A stretch of 64,000 nt of DNA from Cenococcum geophilum (taxonomy: Eukaryota): assembly GCA_050273025.1 (NCBI GenBank), contig CP158635.1:24986001-25050000 (forward strand). The letters are read 5' to 3'. Below, piece after piece: positions 13,606-26,414 of the stretch. The position numbers and the translations under genes were made by a program. The number at the start of each line of letters is the position of its first letter. Within the stretch, counting starts at the first letter, position 1. Below the pieces are notes generated by a model that was not told the DNA's origin, searched no databases, and was given only the letters and a program-made list of their open reading frames with translations.

Positions 13606-14050
13606 ATATATTATCTAGCAGGAAGGCGTACTACCCTAAGGAGGAAAAGCTTCTTTTAGATCTAAGGGCCGAATATAATAATAAACCATAAGGCTGGATA
13701 ATAGAGGCCTATAATAATAGGGTCTAAAACATTCGGCGATATAGAATAGAGGATGCCTTAACTAATAAGTATAAAGCCTTAAAGAGGAGAGAGGTTAAGA
13801 ATTAGGTAAGAATAAAGAGGATTGCTAATAACAGGAGGCCCGAAGTAAATACCCCTATTTTTACCAAGGTGGTACCTTCTAGATAATCTGCCGTAAGCCA
13901 TCCGTACAGCCCATACTTTTAATATCCTCCTACTATAGTAAACGGGCAGGAATTCTAGACCTATATTATAAGTTATAGCACGAATTCTACACTAAAAATT
14001 TGGTGTTAACTTACATAAGCTATAAATTCCCTGGCTATAGACCAACGCCA
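13606..14050 (+). pseudogene. Myb/SANT-like DNA-binding protein (RIP pseudogene)
   Basis: RKAYYPKEEKLLLDLRAEYNNKP*GWIIEAYNNRV*NIRRYRIEDALTNKYKALK fits the Myb pattern (Y/W..EE..LL.L.......W..I...YN.......R...AL..KY..L); followed by an intron gtaaga...gctaataacag at ~13806-13835. Confidence 0.7.
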
Positions 14051-14552
14051 TATTACTTTAGAGTGCTAATAAAACCATTAAAGAAGAGGTTAAGGGTTAG
14101 TTTGACGTATATTTGCAATACTTTATTAAGTCAGGCAATTAGCTATAATTAGAAGTTCTACAACCTTCAATTTGTTAAAGGTGAAATAAGTATTAATATT
14201 AGTAGTGGGGCAGAGCAGACTTCCTTAATTTAGGTGAGGTTATATAACGGGATATACGTAGATAGTTATTGTAGATAAATTAATATTAACTCCAAATTGG
14301 CTTTTAAACCATCTCCCTTAGATTTAAAGAAACTCTTTAAACACTTCCTGTAAGTGTATTAAAGTCGAATCTTCCCTAACTGCGCTTTAAGTAATTATAC
14401 CCTACTCATCACTATTTAATTCAAGATTTTAAGACAACCTTAATAAAGGCGCTGCCGCCATATACACTATTATACACGTGTAGCGATTTTAAAACCTCCT
14501 TAGGCGTATCTATAGTTATCTTTATCCTTAAATAAATTAGTTCGATTCTAAA

Positions 14553-15760
14553 AATGAGAGGGATTAGAGCGTTATAGCAATTCTAATAGACAGCTACAGG
14601 GCTTCCAGAACTAGTGATTGCGGTTTACTATTCTTAATATCCTAGTCATTAAGTACATTATAGGCAATGAGCTAAGCTGTAATAAACCCTTATATAAATA
14701 TATTGGCTTAATAGTCCCTAGTAATTAATTATTAATATCGCATCACTTACAAGGTTAAACTGGGTGATTAGATAACGGTTATAAACCTTATAGCTTTATA
14801 AACGTAGCGTACCCTAAGAGTATTAAGCTCCTTATATATTATAAGCAACGTATAAAGAGGGGTGGTGGCTTTGCTCTATAAAACTTAATCTAATACACCT
14901 CACTATCTTCTAGTAGAAAGAAAAACTCGATAGCAACTAATTCTACCCTAGGACCGGTAAGGAGAATATAGAATCTACTATTTCCTATATTATCTACTAA
15001 TCGAGACCAAGATACCGCGCATCCGCTACTAATTATGCAACAAATAAACACATTAGGATTTCCTAAAGGAATTTTACGGGAATGTTTATATAGCAAACGA
15101 TTACTTATAAAGCCTTAAGCTACGTATAAGAGATCTTGATTAACGCCTTATACATACTACTACATTAGCTGAGAACGCTATAATTTCATATAGGGAATAT
15201 TAGGACGCTCTCTTTAAGTATAAAGAGGAGCTTATATAAGAGCGGCTAGAGCATTAAGGGAGTAGAGAAGAACTATAATTTGAAAAAGAAAAAGCAGATA
15301 AAGCAGAAAAATGCTTAGAGTGCGCTTATAATGTAGCACAAGAGGCTGGAAAGATGGTAGATACTTTACACGGGGAGATTGCGATGCTAAAGGGAGACTA
15401 ATATATAGTCTATAACTCGACTCCAACAACCGCCGACCTAATGTATTAGATTGCAGTAATAAACAGGAAACTTAACGCTTTAAATAAAATCACAGAATTA
15501 GAGGATTAAGAAGCCTTATTCTAGAAGCAAATGCTTTAAGCACTAGATAAGAATAATAATTTATAACGGCAAGTCTAGGATGGCCAGGATGCGCTTAAGT
15601 ATACCAAACTTTAGCTAGAGAAAGAAAGAGAGGAGAATACGGGCCTCAGAGGGATTATTAATAGTAGTATATTAGATAAGAGCGATGCAAAGAATAGGAA
15701 GAAACGGACTTAAAGAGCCCCCAAGAAGCTTAACCACTAGATTAGTATTAATAGGAAGTA
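14553..15760 (+). pseudogene. Coiled-coil protein relic with basic C-terminus
   Basis: De-RIPed ...QALDKNNNLQRQVQDGQDALKYTKLQLEKEREENTGLRGII...AKNRKKRT; intron beginning ~14957. Confidence 0.4.
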
Positions 15761-15859
15761 GCATAGTTAATCTATTGTATTAATTTCATTATATAATCCC
15801 CAGGGTCTTTCTTTTGCCATTATCGCCATATAAATATAAGGATAAAGACATTAGGAACT

Positions 15860-16940
15860 AGTTAAATTTTTCAAAAAGCGTAACTACAATTTATATAAGC
15901 AACGTATTTAAACTAGGAAGTAATATAACCTACTTTTAGAAGCTCCTCTAAAGTTACAAATTCTGTATTCTTTAAGAAACTCCGCGCCTTAGGAGACTAT
16001 ACTTCTAGACGTTAAAGAACCAACGTCTCTAGATTCTAGATACTTATACTAGTCTCTATTAATCGCATTACAAGGCAACCTAACGCTTATATATCTCGGG
16101 TATCTGTTATAGACGCCTTATTTTCCTTTATTATTATACTTTCAGTAATATTTACTAGTAAGAGCTATTAGTATTCCTATCTCTTATAAATAGGTTAAGT
16201 GTTTTACCAATTCTAATATTTCTTGCAACTAAGAGTATAATATTATCAATATCGAGGTGGCCGTAGATGATTTAAAGGACCCGCTGTAAATAATATATAC
16301 CCTTAAGAACCTTATATATAGTTAGTGTTATGCATACAGTTATAACTGGCTAGCTTACTTTATAATATATCACCGCTATATAATACTCTTCGAGTATTAT
16401 GGGGACAGAGTTAACCTCTAATAATATTACTTTAAAATAATCGTACTTATAGATGCTGAATAAAGAACCTTAATATAAAAAGACTTTATACAGCTTTACA
16501 ATATTACTATAAGAGAACTCTTTTAAACAATATATGCAACTATCAGTAGGTTTTGACACGTATTTCTTTATTGTAACGAGTTTACAGTTTAAACTCTCAC
16601 TATAAGATATAATAGCCTGTCCCCCTAATTCTCGCTTCTAAAAGGGGTAGTAGTGTTTATTGGGGTTGTCTAGTCTATATACAAGTTGCTATAGCTTTTC
16701 TTTTATAAGCTGCGCGTTTAATTTATTAAAGGGCAATATTTAAGAAGTTTTAGGAAGATTAAAAGGCCGTAGGAACATCTAATAAGCTACTTTCTTTACT
16801 TTACTTTCCTTTAAGGCAGGCTTATCGCTACTAAGTATATTTAGTGGGAAGTCGTTAGGTTTAGTACTAATCCAACTACGCCTACCATTATTAGTATTCC
16901 TTGGGAATAGAGTTACCAGCCGTGGTTGCGTTAGAGCTAT
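15860..16940 (-). pseudogene. Degenerate Ser/Thr protein kinase-like (pseudokinase) gene, RIP-inactivated
   Basis: KLVTIKKY (VAIK-like), SYSNIVKLYKVFLY*GSLFSIYKY (HxNIVKL), VLKGIYYLQRVL*IIYGHLDIDNIILL (catalytic-loop region without HRD), *SPKARSFLK...LEELLK; two introns. Confidence 0.75.
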
Positions 16941-17112
16941 TAAGGTACAAAAACGTATTAATACTCAATGTACTTACTAATACTTATCCTATATATATAT
17001 ATATTATAGTACCAGGCTTATAAAATGTTAAAGTCTCCTTAACTATACCATTTACGCGGGCCATTAGGTTACAGCCTTACTACTAATATTTAAGGTTGTC
17101 TTAATTACCAGT

Positions 17113-17680
17113 ATATTAGCTAGGACCCGTTTAAAAAGTTTAGTAGCGGCCTAAATCTTCTCAAAATCGCAAATTATATCTGCTCCTAATAGATTTAGAA
17201 GAAGGGATAAATAGGCTTTATAGGTGAAACAGCGTGCCAATAAGCCTTTAGAGGTTACCCTTCTAGATTATAAGATTAGGCTTCGCGAAGGGACCTCTAT
17301 AGCGCTTAAAGCCACCACTTAACGCCTATAAATGGGTAAAAGTAGCTCCCTACTGGACGATAGAGTCCGACTTATAAGAGACAACGGCTATTTACGGGTG
17401 GAAATTCAGTTCTATTAGGATTGCTTTAAGTACACTTAATAATTCCACCTTAAAGTTAGTAACATTTATCAACAGTTACAAGTTACTTACTATTAAGATA
17501 CTTTACAAACCAGAGATTCTCTTAAGTACTATGATAAGCTTTATATTGATCTTCGCTATATAATAGAGCGTTATATAGACGACTAACGTAAAGCTAAGAA
17601 ATCTTAGTTGGAGTTTTTTAGCCCACCTAAAATCGAAGCAGATTACAATAGCCAATTATAATAGTACAGAGTATAATAGG
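17113..17680 (+). pseudogene. Small helical protein divergent from the kinase
   Basis: One frame from ATA (ATG) at 17113: TLLDYKIRLREGT...RVRLIRDNGYLRVEIQFY*DCF...RKAKKS*LEFF. Confidence 0.5.
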
Positions 17681-17899
17681 TGGCATTCAGTAGATCTGGA
17701 TATTTAGATAGTAGATATTTTTATATTATACTATTCCTTATCTAGCTATCTTATTAAGGCAATTAGAACTTCAAATTAAGGAAGTTAGGGTAGCAGCAAC
17801 TTACATCTTACCCATCACATATACTTAACAATTAATTACTAACTAAGAATCATCAGCTAGGGGATGACTATAGTCCACTAATAGTGGCAATACTCCCGT

Positions 17900-18700
17900 A
17901 GTGTAGTAAGATGCTACTGTTACACAAAATAATTTCACTAGTTACTTTAGTCTACTACTTTAAGAAAAGGAAAATACTCTTTATATAGTTTTTATTTCAC
18001 CCAACGCGGTTACTCTTATAATAACAACATTAAAAGATAACGAATTATAGTAGGCCATAAGCTTGTCAGCAAGCTTAATCAATTAAAGACTTCCTCTACT
18101 ATTAGAATTACAAGGTTATAGGGTTATAGCAAAGCTATCTTAAGGATTTAATTAATAATAGAGATAACGCAGACAATAAATATTAATTGATTCGTGATAT
18201 AGTAGATGCGGTTAATGTCTATATAGATTATATACAGACTTCGTCCTTACAATATATCTAGAGCTTAGTTAGTATCTCTTACTTAATTCTAACATCTACT
18301 GCCCCTAACCTATCCTAAAAATTCCTAAGGTTCTTTTAAACACAACTTATAAAGGGTATCGTAGGTATAGAGCCTATCGTTCCTCTTACCACCATACTTA
18401 CCGTGAATATCGCGCTTATATAACGATAGACAAGTATAATATTTAAAAACTTTAGAACCATAGGTCGGAGTCCCGTACCTAAACCAATCCCACTATTTTT
18501 TACCTTTATTAAGGTAGCAATTTATACAAAAACCATCTACTTTCTGTATAAGCATTAGAGAGCTTCCTATAAAAGCTTACGATTAGTAAATAGGGATAAA
18601 CCTCTTTCCCTACAAAACAACGTCCTGTAGTAGCGGCGGCACTTACACTCGCCCTTTTAGGCTTAACTAAACGGGCTAGTATAGTAAGGCATACATGTCG
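17900..18700 (-). pseudogene. Unknown multi-exon relic
   Basis: Minus frame EAL*CLYRK*MVFV*IATLIKVKNSGIGLGTGLRPMVLKFL followed by a gtaagt donor. Confidence 0.3.
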
Positions 18701-18950
18701 ACAAATATAAAAAGCGTTAATATTCTATAAATCAATATCTTTCTAAAATAGATATCGATAAAATAAATAAGTCCTTATTATAACAAACACATCAAAAGCA
18801 TCTAGCTAATTAGCGATAAGAACATATATACCAATTAGTAAATTTAAAAAATTTATTCTTCTTAGCATATCTTAGGAAAAGCTGGTATTCGTTTATACTT
18901 ATAACCTCTATCTAGGTGCCAAAAAGGCTCAAGCTTTCCCGCTCTCTTAG

Positions 18951-19037
18951 AAACTCTACTAGCGACTAATTAAAGTAGGCCTCTATCCAGCCTGCCTAAT
19001 TTAGCCTCAGCCTGCTAAGTAAAGACCAAACAGACCC
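18951..19037 (+). repeat. Dispersed direct repeat; partner at 38896-38982
   Basis: aaactctactagcgact...ctaatttagcctcagcct...ccaaacagacc shared. Confidence 0.85.
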
Positions 19038-19569
19038 CCTTTTATGCCTCGCTTGGTCACTACACCTCTTTATCCCATATAAGTTTCACGGCCGTCCCGT
19101 TCTCACCTGTTTTAGCACTCCTAAAAACTACAACAAATTTGTAGTGGCTTACTATATAAGTTTAAATTAACACCTTTATTACCAAGTAATTAATTACTCC
19201 ACTAAAATAATATAGGAATTTACATTATAACAGGATATCAGTGTTAAAGAGACCAATTTAAAAAACAATAACAACCATATCAATTATAAGGAGGTTCGCT
19301 AGTGATATATAAAAAGGCAGCCATTACATAGGGCGAGGCTAGCTACGCCTAAAGGGGCTAAGGATACACGCCATCACTTACATTTTCCCTAGCTTATTAA
19401 CTTAAAGCCTTTACCGTACAGACTGACCATTACGCAAAGAAATACGTTTGGATTGCAAGAACTTTTAACATAGGCTAAAACGGGATGCGGGGAGACATTA
19501 ATAGGTATATAGGAATGACACGGATAAGGCAGTTAACGTAGATCGGGTGGGTTAGGTGGATTAGGTAGA

Positions 19570-20736
19570 TTAGATAAATAACTAATTAAATAGGTCAATA
19601 CTAGGTCCACACATATAGGGCTATAGCAACATTTAGATCTATATAGCTCTTTCAAATATATAAAAGAGATCTATAGGGCTTATAAGCCCCTTATTTTAAG
19701 GCTTACTCTTTTAAGGCAGATTTAGGACTTTAAGCCCTCTATTATAAGGTAGGAGTATATATTCTTATAAAGAAGAAGACTATAAAACAACAACAGCACC
19801 CACCCAGAAAATATAAAATCACCTACTATCTTCTTTATGCAAGACTAACAGGCAAGGCTTTCATTCCATATCTAAGTCAATCTATCCCCATACTTCTAGT
19901 TTATCGCTATAAATCCAACTAATATCTCGGCTAAATCTACAGCTACAGCCCTGGTTGTCTTAACTCCTGCCAAACTTTTCACTAACTACACGCCTATTAT
20001 CCTAACCATTATAAGTCCTACTAGGATTATTACTAAGTCTCCGGCTACAACCCCGACTAATATCTTAGCTAAATCTATAGCTATAGCTCTAGTTGTCTTA
20101 ACTCCTGCTAAACTTTCTACTAACTCCACACCTACTATCCTAACTATTATAAGTCCTACTAAGATTACTATTAAGTCTCCGGCCACAACCCTAACTACTA
20201 TAAAGCCTACTACATAGGATATACACCTAGGCTTTTCTGTCTACCAACTACTAGATATAGCTCCTCTTACTAGTAGATCTATCTTTCTTACTAGTAGTAT
20301 AGAAATGGGGAAAGCGCCTAAATAGCAAAATGATATAATAAAGCGCCTTAGCTTACTCCCAATTACGGTTCTAAATCCGCGCCGGGATTACTACAATGCC
20401 AATTTTAAGCAAGATATTAGTAACCCGGAATTCTACAGGTAAGTTCAATAGGGGCTTAGATGCTAGGAGAAGGCTATAGTAATTACTATATATCTTTATC
20501 TAGGAACCAATTCCTTAATAAGTTTAATAAAGCTAGGATTATTTATAAAAACCGGGAAAATGGTAATTTGCTGCCCAAATAGTTTTTACAGGAGAGGCAA
20601 TGTGTAGGTTATATGCGGTAAATATAGCGGAAAGCTAGTAGAGATATTAGATAAACTAGTTAAGGAGGTAAAGGATAGAATAAAATGCTATAAGGGAAGT
20701 AGTGATAAGAATACTATTAAAAGACATATTAGCTAG
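19570..20736 (+). pseudogene. Nucleoside 2-deoxyribosyltransferase-like (Nuc_deoxyri_tr2-type) protein with S/T/P-rich repeat N-terminus
   Basis: From ~20275: RSIFLTSSIEMGKAPK*Q...ITVLNPRRDYYNANFKQDISNPEFYR*VQ*GL...NSLISLIKLGLF...KMVICCPNSFYRRGNV*VIC, de-RIPing to IFLAGSIEMGKA..W / NPRR / SPISL.ELGL / CCP.GFYRRGNV. Confidence 0.85.
19915..20190 (+). repeat. 138-bp (46-codon) tandem duplication
   Basis: ccaactaatatc at 19915 and ccgactaatatc at 20053; copies differ largely by transitions. Confidence 0.9.
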
Positions 20737-20829
20737 TTTAATCGTCTCCGCTAAAGCTGGCGACAACCAACCTACTTAGTTTACTGGAGGAGTAGACAAT
20801 GCGAAAAAAGGCGAAAAGCTATAATTATC

Positions 20830-21800
20830 AAATTACGTCACTTACTACCGTTATAAACCTTTATCTATCCACTATACAGCTTTATCCGCCTATTACGTAC
20901 CTAATCCACCTATTATACACCTAATCCACCTACAAGCCTTTATTTATCCAGCACGTCCGTCTGCCTAGTATTCTTATTTAGTATTCTACTTACAGGGGGT
21001 AATATATTTTCATTTAGGACGGAGGAAATTACGCATACGGTGAACTAAGAAAGACGTCAGTTATAGGTGTTATACGTATTTAGGAGATTCTAAAAACTAG
21101 AACAACGTAAGATACCAAACTAAGGCTATATACAGATTTACCTACATATATCGCGAATATATAGTAGGAAGAGGACAACCTAGAAACATGGCTTTAAAGC
21201 TTAGACGGACGTAGATTAATACTATAGCACAATTAAGGAATAAGGTAATAACCTGTTATAGATAGGCTAATAAAGCCATCCGAGTATTACAAAGCAGTAT
21301 TAAACTATCTTCAGGTAAACTCTTTAAAGAGTATCCCATACGCCGTTAAGGCGTACGCTAAAAGAGGCCCATGCGCGAATACTAAAACATTAACACGCTC
21401 CTCCAAGGACTTAATTCGGCTATACTTTATACAATATACCCCTCTATAAAGAAGGACCTTGCTAGCCTAATTAGCATATAATAGAATTAATTATATATAA
21501 ATTTTAAGCTTTATTATAACAATTTAAAGCCTTAATTTGCTGATTAAATTTATAACTTTATTTCGCCAAGACTTAATTCAATCTAGTAACTCTAGTTAGT
21601 TCGCTTATGCGTACGCCTTTCTTAACGGCGTATAGGATAGTACCACTATTACCTAATCCTGTTTTCGCCGCGTCTTACTTCTTATTAAATTCCCTAAGGA
21701 AATTAGATAAACGAAGCGCATTTAATTTCTTTATTTATCTAGTTTGCTAAGGGGAACAAGAGTAATAATCGCATTGACTTATATAAACCATTACCTATAT
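20830..21800 (+). pseudogene. Internally deleted inverted paralog of 11600-13260
   Basis: Shared atccacc-rich leader and coding blocks, with gaps relative to the minus-strand copy. Confidence 0.5.
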
Positions 21801-22149
21801 AGATTATGACTATTATATAACCCCGCTTTTATATAAGTAAGCATAAATAGAATATACGTCCCCTACTTTATCCCTGCTAATCCCTTGTTCGTAACTTATT
21901 TAGTAAAAGGCCTAGCGCGCAATAAATGCAACGCGTATACTACAGTATAGCTTTTATAGAGTAGAAAGCCGGAGAGCCTACTAACCCGTAACTAAGCGCA
22001 AGCGTTAACTGCAGCACAGCTTTATAGAGCAGGGGGCCTAGGAACTTGACTTTTCTCTTAAAATTTCTAGACCACTTTTATGATTTTTACGGGTAAGCTA
22101 TATAAATTCTCTATCAAACAACGTTTATTCTTTAAAAAAAAAATTCTTT

Positions 22150-22560
22150 ATTAAATACGCTAAAAACTCCAAACCGCCGTCCTCTAGTAATCTATTCCTA
22201 AGCTCTTATTAAACTATTAATTACTTAAGGAGTAGCTACCGAATATATAAGGCACGCTCCATACTTAACTAGCTATTATCAGTTTTACCAACATTTCAAT
22301 TCATAGAATAGCTTTTCAAAAATCGCCTATAAAGGGTAATGTGCCTACGCATACCGCTGATGCTAGAGAAGTCAATACACACAGCTTCTTATACTACTTT
22401 ATTAGTGGAAATAGTATAGCATCTAGCCAAACCTCTAACACTTAATATCTAGATTTATACACCTCTACTCTATTTATAGAGGGCCTAGAAAATGCGTTAG
22501 CGCTTAAAAAGGTATATATACCTCTTAGAAGTATTCTACTTATCTAATAGGATGGTAACT
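22150..22560 (-). pseudogene. Unknown short multi-exon relic
   Basis: GPSINRVEVYKSRY*VLEVWLDAILFPLIKVV*EAVCIDFSSISG followed by a gtatgc donor. Confidence 0.3.
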
Positions 22561-23020
22561 ACAGAAGGAAAGGATAGCCTTAGAGCAAAGGGTAAAGGTG
22601 CTAGAGGGTAAGTGGGAGAAGCTTATAGAATTAGAAGTACGTATATCCCTATAGGCTATTTTAAATTTAGCTAATAAAGTACACCCATAGAAATGGAATA
22701 AAGTTTTACGGCTAAGAGTTAATACAATAGAGTCTGTCTTTAAAAATGTAATTAAGTTAGTGTTTAAGAAACATATTAAAGAGGATTAGGTATAAAATAT
22801 TCCTTTAGCGATATAAATAGCCTAATATAAAATAATAGGTTGCTACAAGTCTCGCTAGACATTATTAGAGGTTACTAAGTAGAGAAATAGTAAACCCTAG
22901 CGAACAGTAGTAATCAAAGCAGCTATTATCTTATAAAATTGTAGAACTTAGGCTTTAATTTACTTTAGCGAGTAGACGTTAAATAAGTAATCTATTAATA
23001 TAACTATTTCTTGCTTCCTA

Positions 23021-23390
23021 ATGTCCCCTTAGCTCTTATTTGTAAAGGGAGGGAAAGACAACGTCCTACTACTACCCCTACTACCTACCCAGCCCTTATA
23101 CCTCGCCCGCTACCGTCCTATACCCGCTAATACTATAGTTGGTAACAGCTAACCCGCAGCTGCCGGCCAGTCCTTACAGCCTATTGCGGACGCTATAAAC
23201 CCAACGCCAACACCATAGGGCCTCACCAGATGCCTTACTATATCTCACGCCATAGAGCCCCTTAGCTTCGGAGCGATAAACATCCTCTATAATAACTACA
23301 AGGCCCGCCACCAGATTAACGGGCGTGTGCCTTTATTATAGCCTAACCAGCCAAGCTTCGAAGCCTGCTGCAAACAAGGCGATAAGGGTT
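23021..23390 (+). mobile_element. Helitron Rep/helicase N-terminal fragment
   Basis: AIEPLSFGAINILYNNYKARHQINGRVPLL*PNQPSFEACCKQGD de-RIPs to GAMNILCNNCKARH.I..R.......PSFEACCKQG, the CxxC..H...F..CC..G motif typical of fungal Helitron proteins. Confidence 0.65.
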
Positions 23391-23583
23391 TTTAGAGTTA
23401 AATAGATGTAATTCTAGCAGGAAAGTTTTTAACCCAATTTATTTATTTTCAATAGGATAAAATTTTCATAAGAAAGATGTAAATAGCCTAAGGGCAGCTT
23501 ACAGCGAAATAAATAGCAATACATTCCTTTTTTATAAAGAAAAAAATAAAGGGACTATATTAAATTAAGAATAACGAATTTAA

Positions 23584-23730
23584 ATTAGATCTAGGCTCTA
23601 AGGCCCTTATAGAAAACTTTCCCCAGTTACTATTTCTATCTATCCTAATAGTACTTTATCGCTTTAGTTACAGGGGTAAGTCTAAACTATTATAACTAGG
23701 CTACTGCCGCTCTCAGCTATAACCTTATAT
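23584..23730 (+). repeat. Dispersed direct repeat; partner at 38500-38648
   Basis: attagatcta.gctctaa..cccttatagaaaactttccc...ctataaccttatat shared. Confidence 0.9.
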
Positions 23731-24049
23731 ATAATGCAAAACCTATATAAGATTTCCGGTTAGTATGCTACCTTAGTATTTATAAAGGAGAAAAACAGGG
23801 CTTAAGATATACGCTGCAATAGAAACGAATGCTTGGTGGAACGATATATCTCCAATAATAAGTAATATAGTAGCAAAAGGAACAATGGCACTAGAAAGTG
23901 TAGTAAAATATAGTAACTATAGAAAGATAACTAAGAATAAATAGCGTATAATTTGGATTAAATAAACAATCCTAGTATTGTCTATTAGATTAATAATTAT
24001 ATTATTAAACCTTACTATCTATTCCGCCGTTAACAAGATACGCTACTTT

Positions 24050-25700
24050 AATTAGTATATTTAGGCTTAAGGATATAGTAAGAATACCTTTAGAAATGGA
24101 GATCGGCAGGCCGAATAACCTAACAGCGTATAAAGCTATAAATCCCGCCGAGTACTAAGTGTAAACAGGTTAGATATAGGAGCCGTGTAATATTTAAAAA
24201 ACGCTTCTATAACCTCTTTATTATTATAAAAGAGATTAAAAAAGCTGTGTATATCTCGACCATTAGGCCTAAGGATGCTAAGTATTTATTGGGCAAGAGC
24301 CACCCTTATACCTAGATATATCAGCTACCGTTTATAGCCATAAGTTTATATTTAGGTTAATTTACCGTAGTCCTAAAGCGCACTATCTAAGGCAGTTAAG
24401 AGTTTATTTCGTTCCTTATTATAGAAGGATATAACATCGCCTATGCGCTCCCTATTATAATTATTTAGTGCTTTTTTCGCCTCGCTAACCTTATACTAGT
24501 AATATAAAAGGACTTGTATTAATTCCGGTATAAACCGCTAAAAGATTATAAACTACGGCTCTAAAGACATAGTTGCTACTGCCTTTGAAATGCTATTAAC
24601 GTAGTTATTAACTAAACGTTAATTAGTAGTGGGTATAGATAGCTTAGCCTGAAACTACCTACTTCTATTAAACCGCATCTTTTAATAGCGGCTATCCCCA
24701 TTATTATATAGATAAGAAAGTAGATAAGAGAGAATGTGTTTAAGAAGTAATAGCCTAGGTTTAGGGTTAATATTTATAATCAGAATAGTATTATCAAATT
24801 TAATAAACATTGTCTTAACATTTACAATCCTTAAATCACTTTGAGTGATTAGTTGATAGAGAAGTATATAATATATATATATAGCCCTGACGGTAACCGA
24901 GGGCCTTTATTAACAAATTCTATGCACCAGTAGTGGCCGCATATAAAATAGTCACGACGCAAGATTAGGGATTTTAAGGGGCTCCAAAAATGACTAATCG
25001 GGCCTTATTATTGAACGCGCGTGTTAATTATATAGCTATAGGTTTTTAGGCGTATACAATGCTAAAGTATCAGCACGTCCTATTTAGTGTCTGGCCATAC
25101 AATATATACGCTTTCAGCTTTAGCAAATTAGTTAACTAAGCGGGTTGACTGGAAATTCCCTTACTAATAACATACCCATCTATAGCAGCCCTTTTATTCT
25201 GCAAGTTTGGTGCTAAGCTATCTAATCCTCACTTCTCTATTATAGCCCGCGTGCTGCGCCCTACTAATATAGTCAATATAGTCCTATATTGCCACCTAAT
25301 TCACTCTTTATTTAGATTAAGTCCATTAACGCGCTATAATCGTATAAGGGGGTCTTATATACTCTTTCGCTAAAGCTAGTTAATAGGCATTGTGTTACTA
25401 ACGGAGACGTTTACTAACAATACCTAAAGTAAGGCTTAGCTTATAGCCTAGTAAGCATAAATTAAAATATAGCGCCCTAATACAAGAGGGTATCTAGGCA
25501 ACGTCTTAGCTAATTCCTTAACATTAAGCGGAGTTAACCGCGTGACCTAGTTGTAAAGATGGGGCTTTATCCATTACAAGGCACCTAAGAGAATTTAGTT
25601 AAAAAAACAAATACAATATTTACAGTCCATTTAATAGATCTAGTAATGCCAGTTCTAAAGGGGAAGGGATAGATAATAGGTTATAGGTGGCGTTGAAGTG
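24050..25700 (-). pseudogene. One or two unknown minus-strand relics
   Basis: ILSILRPNGRDIHSFFNLFYNNKEVIEAFFKYY (~24200) and AI*DYIDYISRAQHAGYNREVRIR*LSTKLAE*KG (~25250). Confidence 0.3.
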
Positions 25701-26414
25701 CCTAGTGAGATTTCAGAATAGTACATCGCCTATAGACTACTGGGTTGCCATAAGTATTCGCCCTATTTCACTTTATACCATACCTATTTACCGCTTCCTT
25801 CCTCCATATCTTAATCCAACCGCTATATCTTACGTCTATATTTATCCCTACTGCATTTATTAGAGTTAAAACTCCGTCTATTTAGATTTAGCGAGCTGAT
25901 ATTAGATAGTAGTAGGCGTATATAGAAGGGCAACGCGTTTTAGGGTTCTATTAGAGGCTCTAAAGTCTTATTTTAAAAGATAAAGCTCTTATTCTAAATT
26001 ATCTGGTCAACATATAGTATATAGTATAATATTATTTTAAATAATATTTATTAATATAAGGCACGAGGTAGATAGGGAGTCCAATTAACAGAATAATAGG
26101 ATATATTAGTAGGTTGCAAGAAACTAAAAGACGAATCCTTAAGGAAAGGGGGCGTCTTAGTACGAGGGCGTAAAAGAGGTCTCCTAGGTCACGTGCGCAG
26201 CATATAGCTCGCATGCGAATAGCATACGCCTCGCAGCTATATACTATACTGGCACCTAATAGAAATAAAGAAAATTTTTATTAAATTAATTTATAACGAC
26301 TATACTACCTACTAGTTTCTCTACTTGCCTTCTTATTAAGTACTTCTATTATATTTCCCTTACTTTTCTCACTTACCTCTTATCCTTTATTTGCTGGTTA
26401 GGGGGATAATAGTT

